Origin: a virus
Lineage: Duplodnaviria; Caudoviricetes
Virus record (IMG/VR): IMGVR_UViG_3300036770_002992
Span: 1 to 58,767 of that record
Direction: 5' to 3' (one strand)
DNA length: 58,767 nucleotides
Below, one piece after another: positions 43,300 to 55,400 of this stretch (position 1 is the first letter of the stretch; each line of letters starts with the position of its first letter). Below the pieces are notes generated by a model, which was given only the letters and a program-made list of their open reading frames with translations, had not been told where the DNA came from and made no database searches. The position numbers were made by a program, and so were the translations under genes.

Positions 43300-44604
43300 T
43301 TAATCCTCATCCTCAAGGGTGTCGCCTTCTTCTAATACTGTAACAATAACATCTTCCAAGGTTTCTCCAGTAATTTCTAGACTAAATCTGTAATGTGGCG
43401 TTCCATTATTATTATACCGCAGTTCAAATAGATTCAGGTACTCTGCGTAATTGTACAGGCGGCTGTCCCTTTTCCCCTCGTCTAACACGTTTTGTATGGC
43501 TTTTATGATTTCTGCCAATCTTTCTTCCGCCATCCCAGAACTCACTTCTCCTGGAGAATTAAAATCAACAATTTCAAAAAACTCTTGCCCGTCCTCCGTA
43601 AGAATTTCATTATCTGGAACAAAATCTATTCCGTCATAATTAATTCCGCCCTCAATAAATTCCTTAGTTGAGTTGATTAATTGTTTGGTCAGCCTATTAA
43701 TCTCTCTGACAATTTTTTTGTCTAAATTAGGCATAGTTATTCGTTCTTTAGATTTTTCATTAATAGAATAATTTGCCCTGTTTTCTGCCTTGGGAATATT
43801 TATTTTTCTGTTACCACCCTTTACGATAGGGCTTGTTTCACCATCGGCTGGTTCATCCTCCTCTGCCCCACCATCATCACTTTCCTCCTCTTCTCCACCA
43901 TCATCCCCGTCGCCAGCGCCTCCATCACCTCCGCCGTCGCCTCCATCACCTCCGCCATCACCTCCGCCATTGCCCCCGTCTCCACCGTTGCCACCCCCTT
44001 CTCCTGGAGAAGGAGTCTTTTTAAACAATTTTTCTAATCTACTCTTCTCGTCTTTTGTAATTTTTCCATCTTTTACAGAATTAACAAGGGCATCTTTTTT
44101 AGTTTCACTTAATGTCTGAAAAAATGCTAATTTAGAGTCATCTGGTTTACCGCCAAAAATTTTACGGATAACGTCCCGATCATTTTTTTGTGTTAATTTG
44201 TTATATCCATCCTGGAATTTTTGCCATTTGCTCTTAGGCTTTTCTCCACCACCAGGCTTTTCTCCACCACCAGGCTTTTCTCCACCACCAGGCTTTTCTC
44301 CACCACCAGGCTTTTCTCCACCACCAGGCTTTTCTCCACCACCAGGCTTTTCATTATTTCCACCAGTTTGATTGCCACCAGATGGTGGCTTAAGGCCAGT
44401 TTCCTTTTTTTCCTGCTGCCCCTTTTTATTCAATGCTGAATTCAGTTTCTGGTTTATTCGATCTCTATCTTTAGGCCCCAAATCTCCCTTTTTATTTGCC
44501 AAAGATTGTGTTAATTGACGTAAGTCCTGGGCTTCTTTTTGTGTCAGGAATCCCTGACTTCTTGCATAATTAATTTTTTCTATCATTTTTTGCAAATCAG
44601 TCAT
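43300..44604 (-). CDS. Tail-module protein with EKPGGG repeats and a Gly/Asp/Glu low-complexity tract
   Basis: 434-aa ORF, TAATG-coupled to the upstream gene. Confidence 0.75.
   Translation of the reverse strand: MTDLQKMIEKINYARSQGFLTQKEAQDLRQLTQSLANKKGDLGPKDRDRINQKLNSALNKKGQQEKKETGLKPPSGGNQTGGNNEKPGGGEKPGGGEKPGGGEKPGGGEKPGGGEKPGGGEKPKSKWQKFQDGYNKLTQKNDRDVIRKIFGGKPDDSKLAFFQTLSETKKDALVNSVKDGKITKDEKSRLEKLFKKTPSPGEGGGNGGDGGNGGGDGGGDGGDGGGDGGAGDGDDGGEEEESDDGGAEEDEPADGETSPIVKGGNRKINIPKAENRANYSINEKSKERITMPNLDKKIVREINRLTKQLINSTKEFIEGGINYDGIDFVPDNEILTEDGQEFFEIVDFNSPGEVSSGMAEERLAEIIKAIQNVLDEGKRDSRLYNYAEYLNLFELRYNNNGTPHYRFSLEITGETLEDVIVTVLEEGDTLEDED
44236..44352. repeat. Perfect 18-bp tandem repeat AGGCTTTTCTCCACCACC x6.5
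   Basis: Units start at 44236, 44254, 44272, 44290, 44308, 44326 with a partial at 44344; in frame (EKPGGG). Confidence 0.97.
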
Positions 44605-47600
44605 TACGATTCACCAACTTCCATCAAGGAAAGGGTCATTGAGGGTCCACTTGAGGTTACTGAATGAGCAATGGATGACACAACAAATGTTTTATCTCCA
44701 AATTTTTTATTATCCTGATAATATCCGCGAGATTTATCAAATATTTTTACTTTGTCCCCTAACTCTATAAGAGGATTTTCAAAAATCTCTAAGTTTAATT
44801 TCATTCTTTGCCTATTACAATACTTTGTAACCCATTGCATCATGGAGCGGGCCTGAGATAATGTTTGAATGTATTGACTATCTAATGAAAATGTTTGTTC
44901 TCCATAAATAGCAATGTTTCTCTCCCTCTCAGTTTGTCTTAGTTTGTCCTCTTCGCTACTTTCATATAAATCTTTTGCAGTAACAGTTCCTGTACTAAGT
45001 TCTTCCAGGCCGATACCGACAATATATAAAGGAAGTTTGGCGTCTGCACCTAATCTTATGGCTCCACCAGAAATGTTTGCTAGCACTAATTTTGCCCCAA
45101 AAGCGGTGGGCTCGTATTTTTTTACCAAATACTGTGGATTAATTTCTGAAATATCCAGCAATGCACTTGTTAATGCTGGTACAGTAAATCTAATATCATA
45201 TTCTCTTACCTGTCTTGCTAATTTAGCAAAATCATTGTAATAGAATAAAGCCTCACCTTTATCATCTTTAAAAAGGAATGATTTATTTACAGGAATAATT
45301 CCTTGCTCTAATCTTTTTTCAAACTGCCTATACCCTCTAAAGTACGACCCTGGATCATCTTCAAAAGGCTTGGCAGCGGCCATGATGTACTCATAAATAG
45401 CCTGAGAATCATTTCGAACAAACATACAGATATTCTTTGAGTCAATCCCTACTGCCTCACCGATCTTTTCTGTATAGGTTCCTATCTTGCTGTCTCCATA
45501 AAAGATCGTATATCTCATGGCATTTTGAAATTGTTGTATTTGAATTTCTAATTCAAACACGGGATCTAACTCTTGATTATCTGTTTTAATTACTTGAACA
45601 GAGGTGTCAAATACTGTAAAGCCTCCGACACTTGCTTTCAACAACACGGTGGGGCAGTAAACTTGCTTACCTTTATAATTTGCCAGTTTTACTCTATAGA
45701 ATCTTAAGTTTTTGACGATATCATCTTTTTCAGTAAAGTCTTTACCCGATCCAGCCGATTCTACTTCTAAGTAATACCCCTCCCCCTTGCTATTTATTCC
45801 AAACCCAATTCCAGCAATCGATGAGTTGCTGGCAGCGATGATTTTATCCTTTTTAATAATTTTTCTTGGAGAATAAAGACGCATTCTAGTAGAAATAACA
45901 TTGGGGGCGAATGGTAGAGTAATTTTTTGTCCATATATTGCTTTTTCTCCTTCTAGATATACAAAGGGGTCAAAGTCTTCTTCTGGAACTACCTTTCCAT
46001 CGCGCTCACTTGATGGAACATCTAAGTCAACTTGTTCATTGATCTTATTTAACTTATTTTTAGCGCTTGTAACTTTTCCATCTATGAGCGAATCCAAGGC
46101 TTCTTGGTCGCCTTTAGGACCAGTAGGTCCAGATATTTTTAAGAATCCTAGGTAGGTGTCTATAGAATCTTTTGGAATAGTTCCAAGAAATTTCTTTGCA
46201 GACTTATATCTTAATTTATCTGCAAAATTAAATTTAGTGGTGGCTTCTAGATTTCCTGGAACATTATAATTTGCACTCTCTCCAAGCACAAGTTTGAATC
46301 TTTTATTTTGTTCTACTCCGTCCGATTCTTCTATAACAGAATAGTGTCTTGCGGGAGTGCTATTGAACATACCCCTTCCGTCCCCAATAACTCTGTATTT
46401 ATACTTATCTCCCACTTTTTCAACCGTTCTAAATTTAACATCTATAACAAGGCCTCTAAAAGATAGAGAGTCCCCCGCCCCCAGGGATGAGATAAGTTCA
46501 AACTCTTCCTCTTTACTAAAAATAATTCTATGTCCATATACTCCGCTAGTTCCAGCAACATAAAAAAGTTTTCCCCTATATTTGATATATTCGCTATCTA
46601 ATAGAATAAATCCTTCATAATCTGGAATAGTAAATCCTTCATTGATATCCATATATATAATTAAGGACTGCCTTTCTTCGGCAGAATTTTTATCTCTATA
46701 TATTTGTCTGATGGCATTGTCTTCATTAAATGCAGTATATGTTTCTCCATCATAAAGATTTTTGAGCCTTGTCGGGAGGACATCTTTTAGAATATTCGCA
46801 GCCCCAAGGACTGCTGCGTTATCTTCTCCAGGCTCCCACAATATAGTAGTTCCATATCCAAAGTTAGAGAATGCCAGGGAGTTCATTGGAAATTGATCTA
46901 AGGCTAATTGATTATATAGATCTTTCTTCGTATCGGAAAGTGTGTTTGCTAGAGGAGATCTTCTTGGGCCATAATAATGGTAAATAATATCCCCATCTGT
47001 TATTGGATTAATCTTTTCTTCAGTTAATGAGGAAACATTAGCCGTATAATCGGATATATAGTCGTACTCATTATCTTCTCCCTCCACCACATCTTCATCC
47101 ATGACAAACCAAAAGTCTGTTCCAGGAGATTGTAGCGGAACTGGATGATCTTCAGAAACCCAGAATCCATAATAATTACTGTAGGTCCACTCTGTTTCAT
47201 ACGGGAGTGCGTCGGTGTTTCCACCATAGAAAAACCAGTTATTGTTATACCAAACATATTTCGTAGGATCTGGGTTTATATTTCCCTGTCCAGGCTCAGA
47301 GTCTTCAGAAGAAACATTCTCAGTAAGCCTTTCTTTTGTCAAAACATTAAGTTTTCCAGCAACGTCATAAAATATGGAGCATTGTGTCGCTATTGCTATA
47401 TTTTCTAAAACCTCCGCCACCGTCTGTTCTTTTTTACAAAAGAAATTTTTTATTATTGTATCTTCGTTATCATTTTCTTTTGAATCAGATGACTTTTTAA
47501 ATTCTAATCCTGTTACCCCCACATTATCCAGTATCATAAGAATGATGGCAGACATCGCGGCAAATGATGAAATCATAAAATCTGGCGCAGACAGTTGTCT

Positions 47601-48866
47601 TAAATATTTCATCCCATCTTCTAGTTCTACTGATACTGAATAGTCTTCTCCAATATTCCATTGATTAGAAAACATTACTCCCATAGGTATGTTAAATGTT
47701 TCATCTAAGTCTGGAACGTATACTTTTTGATAAAAATTAAATTTTACATCCTCATTTAACATCTCTGAGGTACTTAGAATATTTGCAAATAAAAATTGCC
47801 CATCTTCATTAGATAAAGATATATTACCTGTTCCCGACACTACAGTACCTACAGGTAAGCCAAAGTTAGTGGAATCACCAATAGATGACGCAAGATTAAA
47901 TGATTCTACATACTCTGTAATATCAGCCTCTAGCCTAGGAGATATTTCTATTAGTTCTAGAGGTGAGGACTTAAGATTCACCGGAAATTTTTCACCATTC
48001 TGTTTAATGGGTGGTGGCACGACGGGGGCCATTGACTCTACTCTAAACCTAATACCTTTTATTTTTTTAAAATGGGTTGGCTCTGATGAAATTAATTCAT
48101 CAAAATCATCCATTCTAGAAACTGTTTTAGACCATGTTCCGTTTCTTTGATAGTATAGATTTAACTCCCCTCCAATAAAATCATCACTAGACGTTGCTAC
48201 ATCATTTGGGTCCACTAGGCGAGAAAAATTGGCTGGAACATTATATATCTCAGTCCAGTTACCTCCGACCAAGATGTCTACAGAGAATGAAGATGGTATT
48301 GACACATGGTTTTGAACTTTAATAACAATTTTATTGCACATGACATTTTTTTCATATACAACGAATGGATTAACATCTGATATTCTTCCAAATCCATTAG
48401 CCACCCCGATCATTTTTCTTGTTCCGTCAAAGCCCAAAACCTTACCAGAATTGTAATAATCATATGTTCTATTTTCTGATACTGGATAAAATCTTGCGGA
48501 TGCCGTGGATAAATTAGACACTTTTATATTAAATACGCTATCGGAGAACACCGCCCCAGGATGCTTTTGAGTAAAAACAATTCCTGGGTCTGGTCTATTT
48601 GGTTTAAATACAGACGATAGTTGTGAGTAAAATTCTGATTTAGGATCTACCTTAGTATCTTTATCATCGAAAACAATTCTATTCTTTCCGCTGATAATAT
48701 TAGAACTGTTTGATGAGTATTGAGTTTCGTCCCCGTTTGATTTGTAGAGCCCGTATCTTTCAATAACAGAATATTTATTCATATTCCATTCAGCAACTAC
48801 AAGGTGCTCGCTATTTATTCTGTCTGCGTTTTTATAAAGGTTGCGAATGTCAGTATAATTTAACAC
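44604..48866 (-). CDS. Large minor tail protein (tail hub/tip)
   Basis: About 1420 aa following the Dit-like gene; GTG start with GGAGG SD; C-terminal NP.IELGD.V.I...FVVSSI.H motif. Confidence 0.8.
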   Translation of the reverse strand: MLNYTDIRNLYKNADRINSEHLVVAEWNMNKYSVIERYGLYKSNGDETQYSSNSSNIISGKNRIVFDDKDTKVDPKSEFYSQLSSVFKPNRPDPGIVFTQKHPGAVFSDSVFNIKVSNLSTASARFYPVSENRTYDYYNSGKVLGFDGTRKMIGVANGFGRISDVNPFVVYEKNVMCNKIVIKVQNHVSIPSSFSVDILVGGNWTEIYNVPANFSRLVDPNDVATSSDDFIGGELNLYYQRNGTWSKTVSRMDDFDELISSEPTHFKKIKGIRFRVESMAPVVPPPIKQNGEKFPVNLKSSPLELIEISPRLEADITEYVESFNLASSIGDSTNFGLPVGTVVSGTGNISLSNEDGQFLFANILSTSEMLNEDVKFNFYQKVYVPDLDETFNIPMGVMFSNQWNIGEDYSVSVELEDGMKYLRQLSAPDFMISSFAAMSAIILMILDNVGVTGLEFKKSSDSKENDNEDTIIKNFFCKKEQTVAEVLENIAIATQCSIFYDVAGKLNVLTKERLTENVSSEDSEPGQGNINPDPTKYVWYNNNWFFYGGNTDALPYETEWTYSNYYGFWVSEDHPVPLQSPGTDFWFVMDEDVVEGEDNEYDYISDYTANVSSLTEEKINPITDGDIIYHYYGPRRSPLANTLSDTKKDLYNQLALDQFPMNSLAFSNFGYGTTILWEPGEDNAAVLGAANILKDVLPTRLKNLYDGETYTAFNEDNAIRQIYRDKNSAEERQSLIIYMDINEGFTIPDYEGFILLDSEYIKYRGKLFYVAGTSGVYGHRIIFSKEEEFELISSLGAGDSLSFRGLVIDVKFRTVEKVGDKYKYRVIGDGRGMFNSTPARHYSVIEESDGVEQNKRFKLVLGESANYNVPGNLEATTKFNFADKLRYKSAKKFLGTIPKDSIDTYLGFLKISGPTGPKGDQEALDSLIDGKVTSAKNKLNKINEQVDLDVPSSERDGKVVPEEDFDPFVYLEGEKAIYGQKITLPFAPNVISTRMRLYSPRKIIKKDKIIAASNSSIAGIGFGINSKGEGYYLEVESAGSGKDFTEKDDIVKNLRFYRVKLANYKGKQVYCPTVLLKASVGGFTVFDTSVQVIKTDNQELDPVFELEIQIQQFQNAMRYTIFYGDSKIGTYTEKIGEAVGIDSKNICMFVRNDSQAIYEYIMAAAKPFEDDPGSYFRGYRQFEKRLEQGIIPVNKSFLFKDDKGEALFYYNDFAKLARQVREYDIRFTVPALTSALLDISEINPQYLVKKYEPTAFGAKLVLANISGGAIRLGADAKLPLYIVGIGLEELSTGTVTAKDLYESSEEDKLRQTERERNIAIYGEQTFSLDSQYIQTLSQARSMMQWVTKYCNRQRMKLNLEIFENPLIELGDKVKIFDKSRGYYQDNKKFGDKTFVVSSIAHSVTSSGPSMTLSLMEVGES

Positions 48867-49405
48867 TATACCTCCACCAAAGTCATGGAGATGTCCCACA
48901 AGTCGTGCGTCGGCCCTCGCTTTGTAACGACATAACTAAAATCTTCAAAAAATACATTGTATGATTCTAGTGAATACCTAAGAGGAACCGACGAGGCTGA
49001 CTCGGGTGTGTCGTAAACCAAAGTGAGATAGAAACTTTCCGTATGATCTTTATGCCAATCAAGCATCTGTTGAGAGGAGGCCCATCCTGTTGTCGTCCCG
49101 CCGAATCTCGTTTCTGATAATTCTGCGCGGGCAGAAGGTAAATCCTGCCAAGATACTGAGAATGTCTTCTTATCCGCCACATGATAAGATCTCATTCTTC
49201 CATTGATCATTCTTTTCTTGTATTCTATTCTTTCTATTGCTATCTGTAACTCTGATCTACTATCGTCGGTAAGATATAAAAAGTCTGTGTCTACAGTTCC
49301 TAGATTCCATTGACCAGCAGCAGCATTAACTGCTACTGGAGCATTTTCTGAAAATATCATTAATGCTGGGCGGGTCCATATTCTTTGCAATGTTGTGGTA
49401 GACAC
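48866..49405 (-). CDS. Distal-tail-like protein
   Basis: Directly after the TMP; R.INGRMRSYHVADK..F..SW..LP motif. Confidence 0.7.
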   Translation of the reverse strand: MSTTTLQRIWTRPALMIFSENAPVAVNAAAGQWNLGTVDTDFLYLTDDSRSELQIAIERIEYKKRMINGRMRSYHVADKKTFSVSWQDLPSARAELSETRFGGTTTGWASSQQMLDWHKDHTESFYLTLVYDTPESASSVPLRYSLESYNVFFEDFSYVVTKRGPTHDLWDISMTLVEV

Positions 49406-52400
49406 TATATGCTCCTACTATGATTTCTTCTGTTGTTTGCAGAGTTAATCATACTAACAACTTTATTAGCAATTGCATTGGCTCCCTTGCCACCAGCACC
49501 ATTAATGACAACTTTAACATTAGTTTTGTTACTTGATGATGAAGAATTGCCACCGTATGTTGTGTTACTTAGACCTACAGATGTATCTGCCATTTCCGGC
49601 ATACTGAATGCTGGCATGGGGGCGGAGCCAACCATCCCCCCATTTGCAAATCGTGCAGGTTGAATTGATGAACCCTGGGACGGATTGAGTGAGCCAGAGT
49701 TAATTTGATCCATAAACCCCTTACCATATTTAGCAACAGAAGATGCCTTTATAACATATTCACCGTTTGAAAGCATCGCTGGAATCATATCAGACCTGGG
49801 TCCTCCTGGACCTGAAATAAATCCACCCATAGCATACCCCTTAGGGGGGCCAGCCCATTGGAATCTTGGGGTACCGTTCGATCTATTGGTATTATTCCAG
49901 CCATTATTTACAGATGTAGTTCTTACTCCAGTCGCTGGAGTACTTGCTTCTATAATTGTGTCATTTCCTGCATAAATTGAAGTATGCCCGCCACTAGCAC
50001 CGTCTGTCTTAAAGTATAAGACATCTCCAAGAGAAAGTCCAGATATTTTTCCATTCTTAAGACCGGACACTCTTTTTGTTAATTCAGACGCTTGGGTATG
50101 AGAGTATGCGGTTAGAACATTTTTTCCGATTGCCTGATTCCAGGCCCAGGCCGTAAGTTTAGAACAGTCCCATGAATCTGGTGGCCGTGCTCCTGGAGGA
50201 GTGTTGACATAAGGCTTACCTAATTGATTTCTGGCATAACTTACTGCCTTACTAGCAGCACCACCACCCGTCTGTCCGGCATCATTACTTCCACCGTTTG
50301 ATCCGCCAGTAAGTGATACTATTTGTCTCCACCAGTTAGGATTATTGTCGAACTCATTTATTCCTCTGCGATATCCATCGGAGCCGCCTGGGAATACACC
50401 GGAAACTGGATGTACATTCCATCCTCCCCAAGGGGTTTGAGTGCTTCCTCCATGATTTTTTGGATCTTTCCACATAGCATTAGCAATTTTAGAATTATAG
50501 ATTGCATCAAACATCCTAGACTTACTGAAATCAATTTTTTCTCCACCGACTTCTTTATGCCAGTAATCATTAATTTGCCATAGGCCCCAATCTATCCCCT
50601 TGCTACCCTTAGCCCAGTTATCATTCGTAGCGGTTCTTTTTCCACTAGATTCTCCCATAACCACACCATAGGCTGTTCTTACATCATCTTTAGTCTTCCA
50701 TCCAGAGCCATAGATTAATTTAACTAAGTTGAAGCCTTTAATAAATTCATCTTGATAATCTTTCGGGTCAAGTGTTACGTCCCTGCTCCCAGGTTGAGAT
50801 GGGTTATCTCTTGGATTATTTCTGTCCTGATTTGGCTGACCTTTATTAAGTAAGGACAAAATTCCGGGAAGACCTCTAACTGGACGGATATATGATTGTA
50901 TTGAATCTCCTACAGGATTTTCAGGGTTTTTCTTGCCAGTATTTTTGCCACCTTTATTTTCATTATTATTTGTATTTTCATTGCCACCCTCAGTCCAGGC
51001 TTCGTTGGCATTCTTAACAAATGTTGATATTGGGTACAACGTATCGTTTCTTCTCCCAATGGCCCAATCTTTATGGTTTATAATTCTTCCTTCAAATCCC
51101 GGCCATCCAGCCCAATCTCTAATCGCTGCAGTCATTCTTGCTATTGCATTAAATTGTCCAGAGGTAAAATCTTGAGTTTTTCCAGCAGAAGATACCTCCA
51201 TCTGCCATGAAACTGAGTTTGGGTGGCCCGCAATATCAATAATCTCTTTAGCAGATTCAGTTTCGCCCTTCATATACTTAGTTGTTCCCTCGCCGTGCCC
51301 CATTCCAGTATTTCCTGCAGCAAGAGTGTGGGCCACCCCACTCTTTCCTATCCAAGATTGGACTACTGGCTTACCCATCCAATCTTTAGCAAAAGAGTTA
51401 AGTTCCGCCTGCTGACTTACCCCTGGTTGTAAAGCGGTGTGATGCATTGTAACCAATTGAGGTTTGCCTTTAGACCATGAATTATATTGATTCCATCCGG
51501 CGTAGAATTGGTGGCCACCATTGGGGAAGAATTTTTTAATTGATTCTACTAATCCGCCCTCGGCCATTCTTATCGGACTAGGTAGATTTCCTCTGAATGT
51601 AGCATTCGCGTCGGAGGCTGCGCGGGAAGTAGATACGGGGCCACCATAGGCAAATTTTCCGGCGTTTATGGTATCCATCATATCCTTGCCATATTTATTT
51701 ACGCTAGAGGCTTGAACGACATATTCACCATTAGAAAGCATGGCAGGAACTTCATCAGACTTGGGTCCTCCTGGGCCAGAGACTTTTCCTCCGCCCATCA
51801 TCATTAGACGATTATTTTTAATGTATCCACCTGTTGCCGCCCCTAATGTTGATGGATTGCCGTCACGATCTTCAGTACCGTCGTAATTTCGTCCTGATTC
51901 AGGGATATTTATATCCCCGTTTAATGTCACTTGCTGTGCGTCTACGTTCATCTGTTGGACTGTATCAGCAAGGTCATCACCGACCCCAGTATCTCCAACA
52001 TTGTCTACAACGTAAGGGGTTGACGGTAAATTAAGACCTAATTCTTTAAGGATATTTTCTGCAGCAAGACTTGCCGACCTGCCCCTTGCATCAAATGACA
52101 GGGCCCCAGCCTTAATTGCTGCCTGGATTGCACTAACTCCGCCGCGATAATAAATTTCTTCAATTCTAAGTTTTAACATCTCTTTTCTTGCATCTAAATA
52201 TGGCTTTGATTTAAGTTCAGAGTACTCCTGCGAATATTTTCTTTCTGCTGAAGTAGCATTAGTCCTATAATCTTTTTCCATTGTTTCAATCTTTTTGAGT
52301 TCGTCATTTTTTGCTTGCAATATTTTTTCTTTATTTTCTTCTGATCTTTCTATCATATCGTCATAGCGTTTCATCTGAGCGTCATGAGCCTCTTGTTCTT

Positions 52401-55400
52401 GATCCATTAGATCCTGAACGCCCTTAATTCTATCTTCCATCATTTGCTCATACTCTTCTTGCTCTTCTTGTTTTTGCTCACGGACCTCATCAATTGCCTC
52501 TAACTCAAGGTCTCTTCTCTCTTCAATTCCTTCTATCATTTGATCATAGGAGAATTCTTGAGCATCCGCAGACATTTGCTCTCGCTCTTGAAGGAATCCA
52601 AAAACATCTCCAGAAGCAAGTTTTTCTAAAGCGCCAAAAGCAGTTTTTCTTTGTTGTGCAAAGAATGACTCAGCCTTTTGATTCTTTTCAAGGGATTTAA
52701 TGTATGCGTCGGAAGATTTTTCAATTGCGTTACGTCTGTCGTCCAGTCGATCCATTTCTTCATCAAAACTTCTTCTTCTTGCGTCCATCTCTTCCTGCAT
52801 ACCCTCAATGGAATCTTCGCGGGCTTTTTGCTCTACCTCAAATGCGTCCTGGGCGGACTCTTTTAGATCTTGATATATTTTAATCCTGTCATCTACGGCG
52901 TTCATATAGTTTTCTGCATTAGTGTTGATAGTATCTCTTTGTTCTTGAGCAAATTGATCAATCATGTCAAAGTAAGCCTGCTCAGACTCTATTCTTAGAA
53001 GTTTGGTAGCGTCTGCCAATGATTTAGCGCTAACTACCGCTCTTCCAAGGGCAATGTCAAATTCTCCGGCCTCATTAGTTGCTTTATCTAAAGATACCCC
53101 CGCTATTGCCATCTGAATTGCTACTATTTTTTCTTCCTGGGTGTCTATTGTGCCACCAATTCTGTCCCATTCTTGACCGTAGGCATTTTTAAGATAATCT
53201 GTTATTTTTTCCATGGCAGAGGCCTGGTTGCCTTCGTCTAAATTATTTATGATATCTGTAAATTCTTGTAAACCTTCTATTGCCGCAGTAGGATCTTGCT
53301 GATATGCCATGACTAAAGAATCCATAACCCCAGATATCATTTCTGGATTTACTTCCATAAGATCTTGAATTTGATCATTAATGCCATCAATCGCATTAGA
53401 TATATCATAGAGTCTCTGCTGGTCCTCTGGAGCCATTATTTGCGCTGGTGGCCCATACGTTCCAGCGACAGGAGAGTATGTAATCCTTGACTCTATTTCA
53501 GTTCTTTCATTTATTAAACTCTGCCTTTCATCTTCTAGAGTTTGAAGAATGGTCTTACCAGTTTTTCCAAATTTTGCTTCAGATGGCTGGAACTGAGATA
53601 TTATGTTGTCTACAGCATCCTTTACTGTCAACGACTCGTCTAGAAATCCTTGAGTGACTGCCTCTGTAAATGCTTTTCCTCCAGCCATACCAGCCTCTGC
53701 TGCGATAGCCTCTATTGATGCTTTAGCATTTTCTGCACTCATTCCAGAAATAATCATATTGCTATACGCCATCGATAATTCTTGAGCACCAGCACCCGCG
53801 CTCAAATATTTTATTTTCTCTATTAATGGACCGTAATCTTCTTTTACTGCCTCTCTAAGAGCGCTATCGATACCCCTAAGATCTTCTGAAACATTAGATA
53901 ATCTGTTATTTTCTAAAATATCCGAAACGTTGGCAATAGTTTCGCCAAAGTATTCCGCACTCTTTACTGGATCATTAAATGCTGAAATGGCTCTTTCTCT
54001 TGCCTCTTCAGCGGCGTTACGATACATCATAAATCCAGTAATGGCAGCAGTTATACCTAGTCCAGCAGCAATTCCTATAGGCCCTCCTGCAACACTAAGA
54101 AGTCTACTGGCTCCTAGAAGAGTCGCCCCCATCTTTCCTCCGCCTGCCGCTAATCCTGCTGCAGCGCCCTGTCCTGCCATTCTACCCCCTGCTAGGCCCC
54201 CCGCAGATGCAATGCTAGAAGCACGCTGGGCTAGAGCAGGATTCGCTGCCAATCTTGCAGCATTTGTTTGTCCAAGTTTCCCGCCCAAACTTCTCATCCC
54301 TAAGAAGTTAGTGAAAGTATTTTTTCCTATCCCCATATTCATCATCATGGTGGCCGTCATTAGAGCGGTGGTGAATAGTCCAAGTTTCATTGCGGCATCT
54401 GCAGACGCTCCGCCCATCATTGAAATACTTGAGGTAACCATGGACAAGGCAAACATTGCATTCATTGCGCCTGCACCACGCATTCCGCCTTGAGCCTGAT
54501 TTCTTGCAGAACCTATTGCGGCGGCAGGACCAGTAGGACCAATAGGTTTATTTAGTCCAGGGGCAGCAGCGGATGCGCGTCTTTGTGCGGCCTTTGCCTC
54601 TTCTTGTTCTGCCCTTAATTGGGCTTGATCTGCGTCTGCAATAGCCTGCTTCTTTTGATTAATAATGTTTTGAATTCTTAATTCTTTGTCCGCAGCCGCT
54701 TTTATTTCTGATTGAAGGCGACGCTTTTCCTCCATCATTTGAACAAGAGTAATTTCACCTCTTGCATATCTTGATTGAATAGAATTTAATTCTACTTCTG
54801 CTCTTACACGATTAGCGGTATGCTTAAGTTGCATTTCTTTAAGTTTAAGTATTGATTGATCTGCCTGTGCTATTTTTTGAGCATTTGATATTGACTCTAT
54901 CCCGCCGCCTGTTTTTATTACATTACGACCTTGCGTTACATTATTTAGGCCGCGCTGTAGCCCATTAAGAACCCCCTGACCAACGTTTCTACCACCAGAC
55001 TCACCTATTTTATCTGCTTCCTTTGATGGAGATGTAGATCTAGTTACTTCATCAAAACCTCTATCTAAACTAATAAGATACTCATCTAATGCTTGCCGTG
55101 CGATTCTTCTTACTTCTGGAGTAGATCCTAGCGCTCCTCCTCCTAGCGGCATTATGCTTCCAGAGAGTCTTTCGGTTCCTAGATGTGCGCGAGTATATCC
55201 TCCAGATGTTGGAACTCCAAGATACTGTGCTGAAGTTTTTACTCTATTCTGGAAAGATCTAGCCTCCCCAGTTCTATCGCTGTATTGAGTTCTTCTTGTT
55301 ATTTCTTTTGTTACTGGGTCAATTACGACGGCTGGAATACGAACATTTCCGCCGCTCAAAATTTGTGAAGTTGTTGGGGTAAGAAGTTTTTGCATAGCCA

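Noticed and set aside
44236-44352. 18-bp repeats as a CRISPR array
   Set aside because: Units are contiguous with no spacers and lie in frame inside a CDS.
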